From positions 702-64,701 of IMG/VR virus record IMGVR_UViG_3300037219_000017: 64,000 nt of DNA; one strand, given 5' to 3'. Both the position numbers and the translations under genes were made by a program. Shown here one piece after another: positions 63,898 to 64,000 of the stretch. Each line of letters starts with the position of its first letter. The first letter of the stretch is position 1. The notes under the pieces are model-generated. The model ran no database searches. It was not told the origin of the DNA and saw only the letters and a program-made list of their open reading frames with translations. This stretch comes from a virus. Lineage: Duplodnaviria > Caudoviricetes.

Positions 63898-64000
63898 GCG
63901 CGCTGAGAAGTTCGGCCGCGCGCTGTGCGCCGTGGCAGGCTTAGAAGTAAGATCCGGCACAGGCTGCGTTGAACTGATAAAGGTGCTGCCACCGATACCG

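Noticed and set aside
1-64000. Stop-codon reassignment or integrated prophage boundaries
   Set aside because: Core genes are full length in the standard code using all three stops; no integrase, att-like junction or host housekeeping genes seen

Overview
This window is nearly a whole genome of a GC-rich dsDNA tailed phage with a podovirus-type layout (portal, scaffold, capsid, adaptor/nozzle, fibres and large ejection proteins; no tape measure, tail tube or sheath seen). The + strand carries early and replication genes: 60.0-64.0 kb holds small early genes, which probably continue into 1-20.5 kb. That second part encodes a MoxR-like AAA ATPase, a HExxH-peptidase/VWA protein, family A DNA polymerase (Leu762 type), PD-(D/E)XK exonuclease, a GNAT, a T5 A1-like metallophosphoesterase, a MazG/DUF4406/DUF5664 nucleotide cluster, VRR-NUC, DEDD exonuclease, SNF2 helicase, an SSB-like protein and a primase-SF3 helicase. 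The - strand (20.5-59 kb) carries an HNH, a tRNA(CAT), small membrane/FN3 accessory genes, TerS/TerL, head and tail genes, a collagen-repeat fibre, a lysis cassette and three ejection proteins, one of them 2621 aa with SLT and zincin motifs. A repeat-rich divergent non-coding region at about 59.1-60.0 kb looks like an origin or genome end. No integrase, RNA polymerase, reverse transcriptase or CRISPR array was seen. The most notable observations are: (1) seven diverged EndoVII-type endonuclease cassettes whose 3' ends mostly encode the RBS/start of the next gene, plus a fossil junction and a gutted HNH that keep this coupling; (2) a repeated [MYFH]xxGGx[VI] motif and a tape-measure-like GEFV domain in the ejection proteins, next to a GNAT; (3) the GNAT-A1-nucleotide hydrolase cluster with no recognisable base-synthesis gene. 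All family calls come from motifs recognised by eye; no searches were run.
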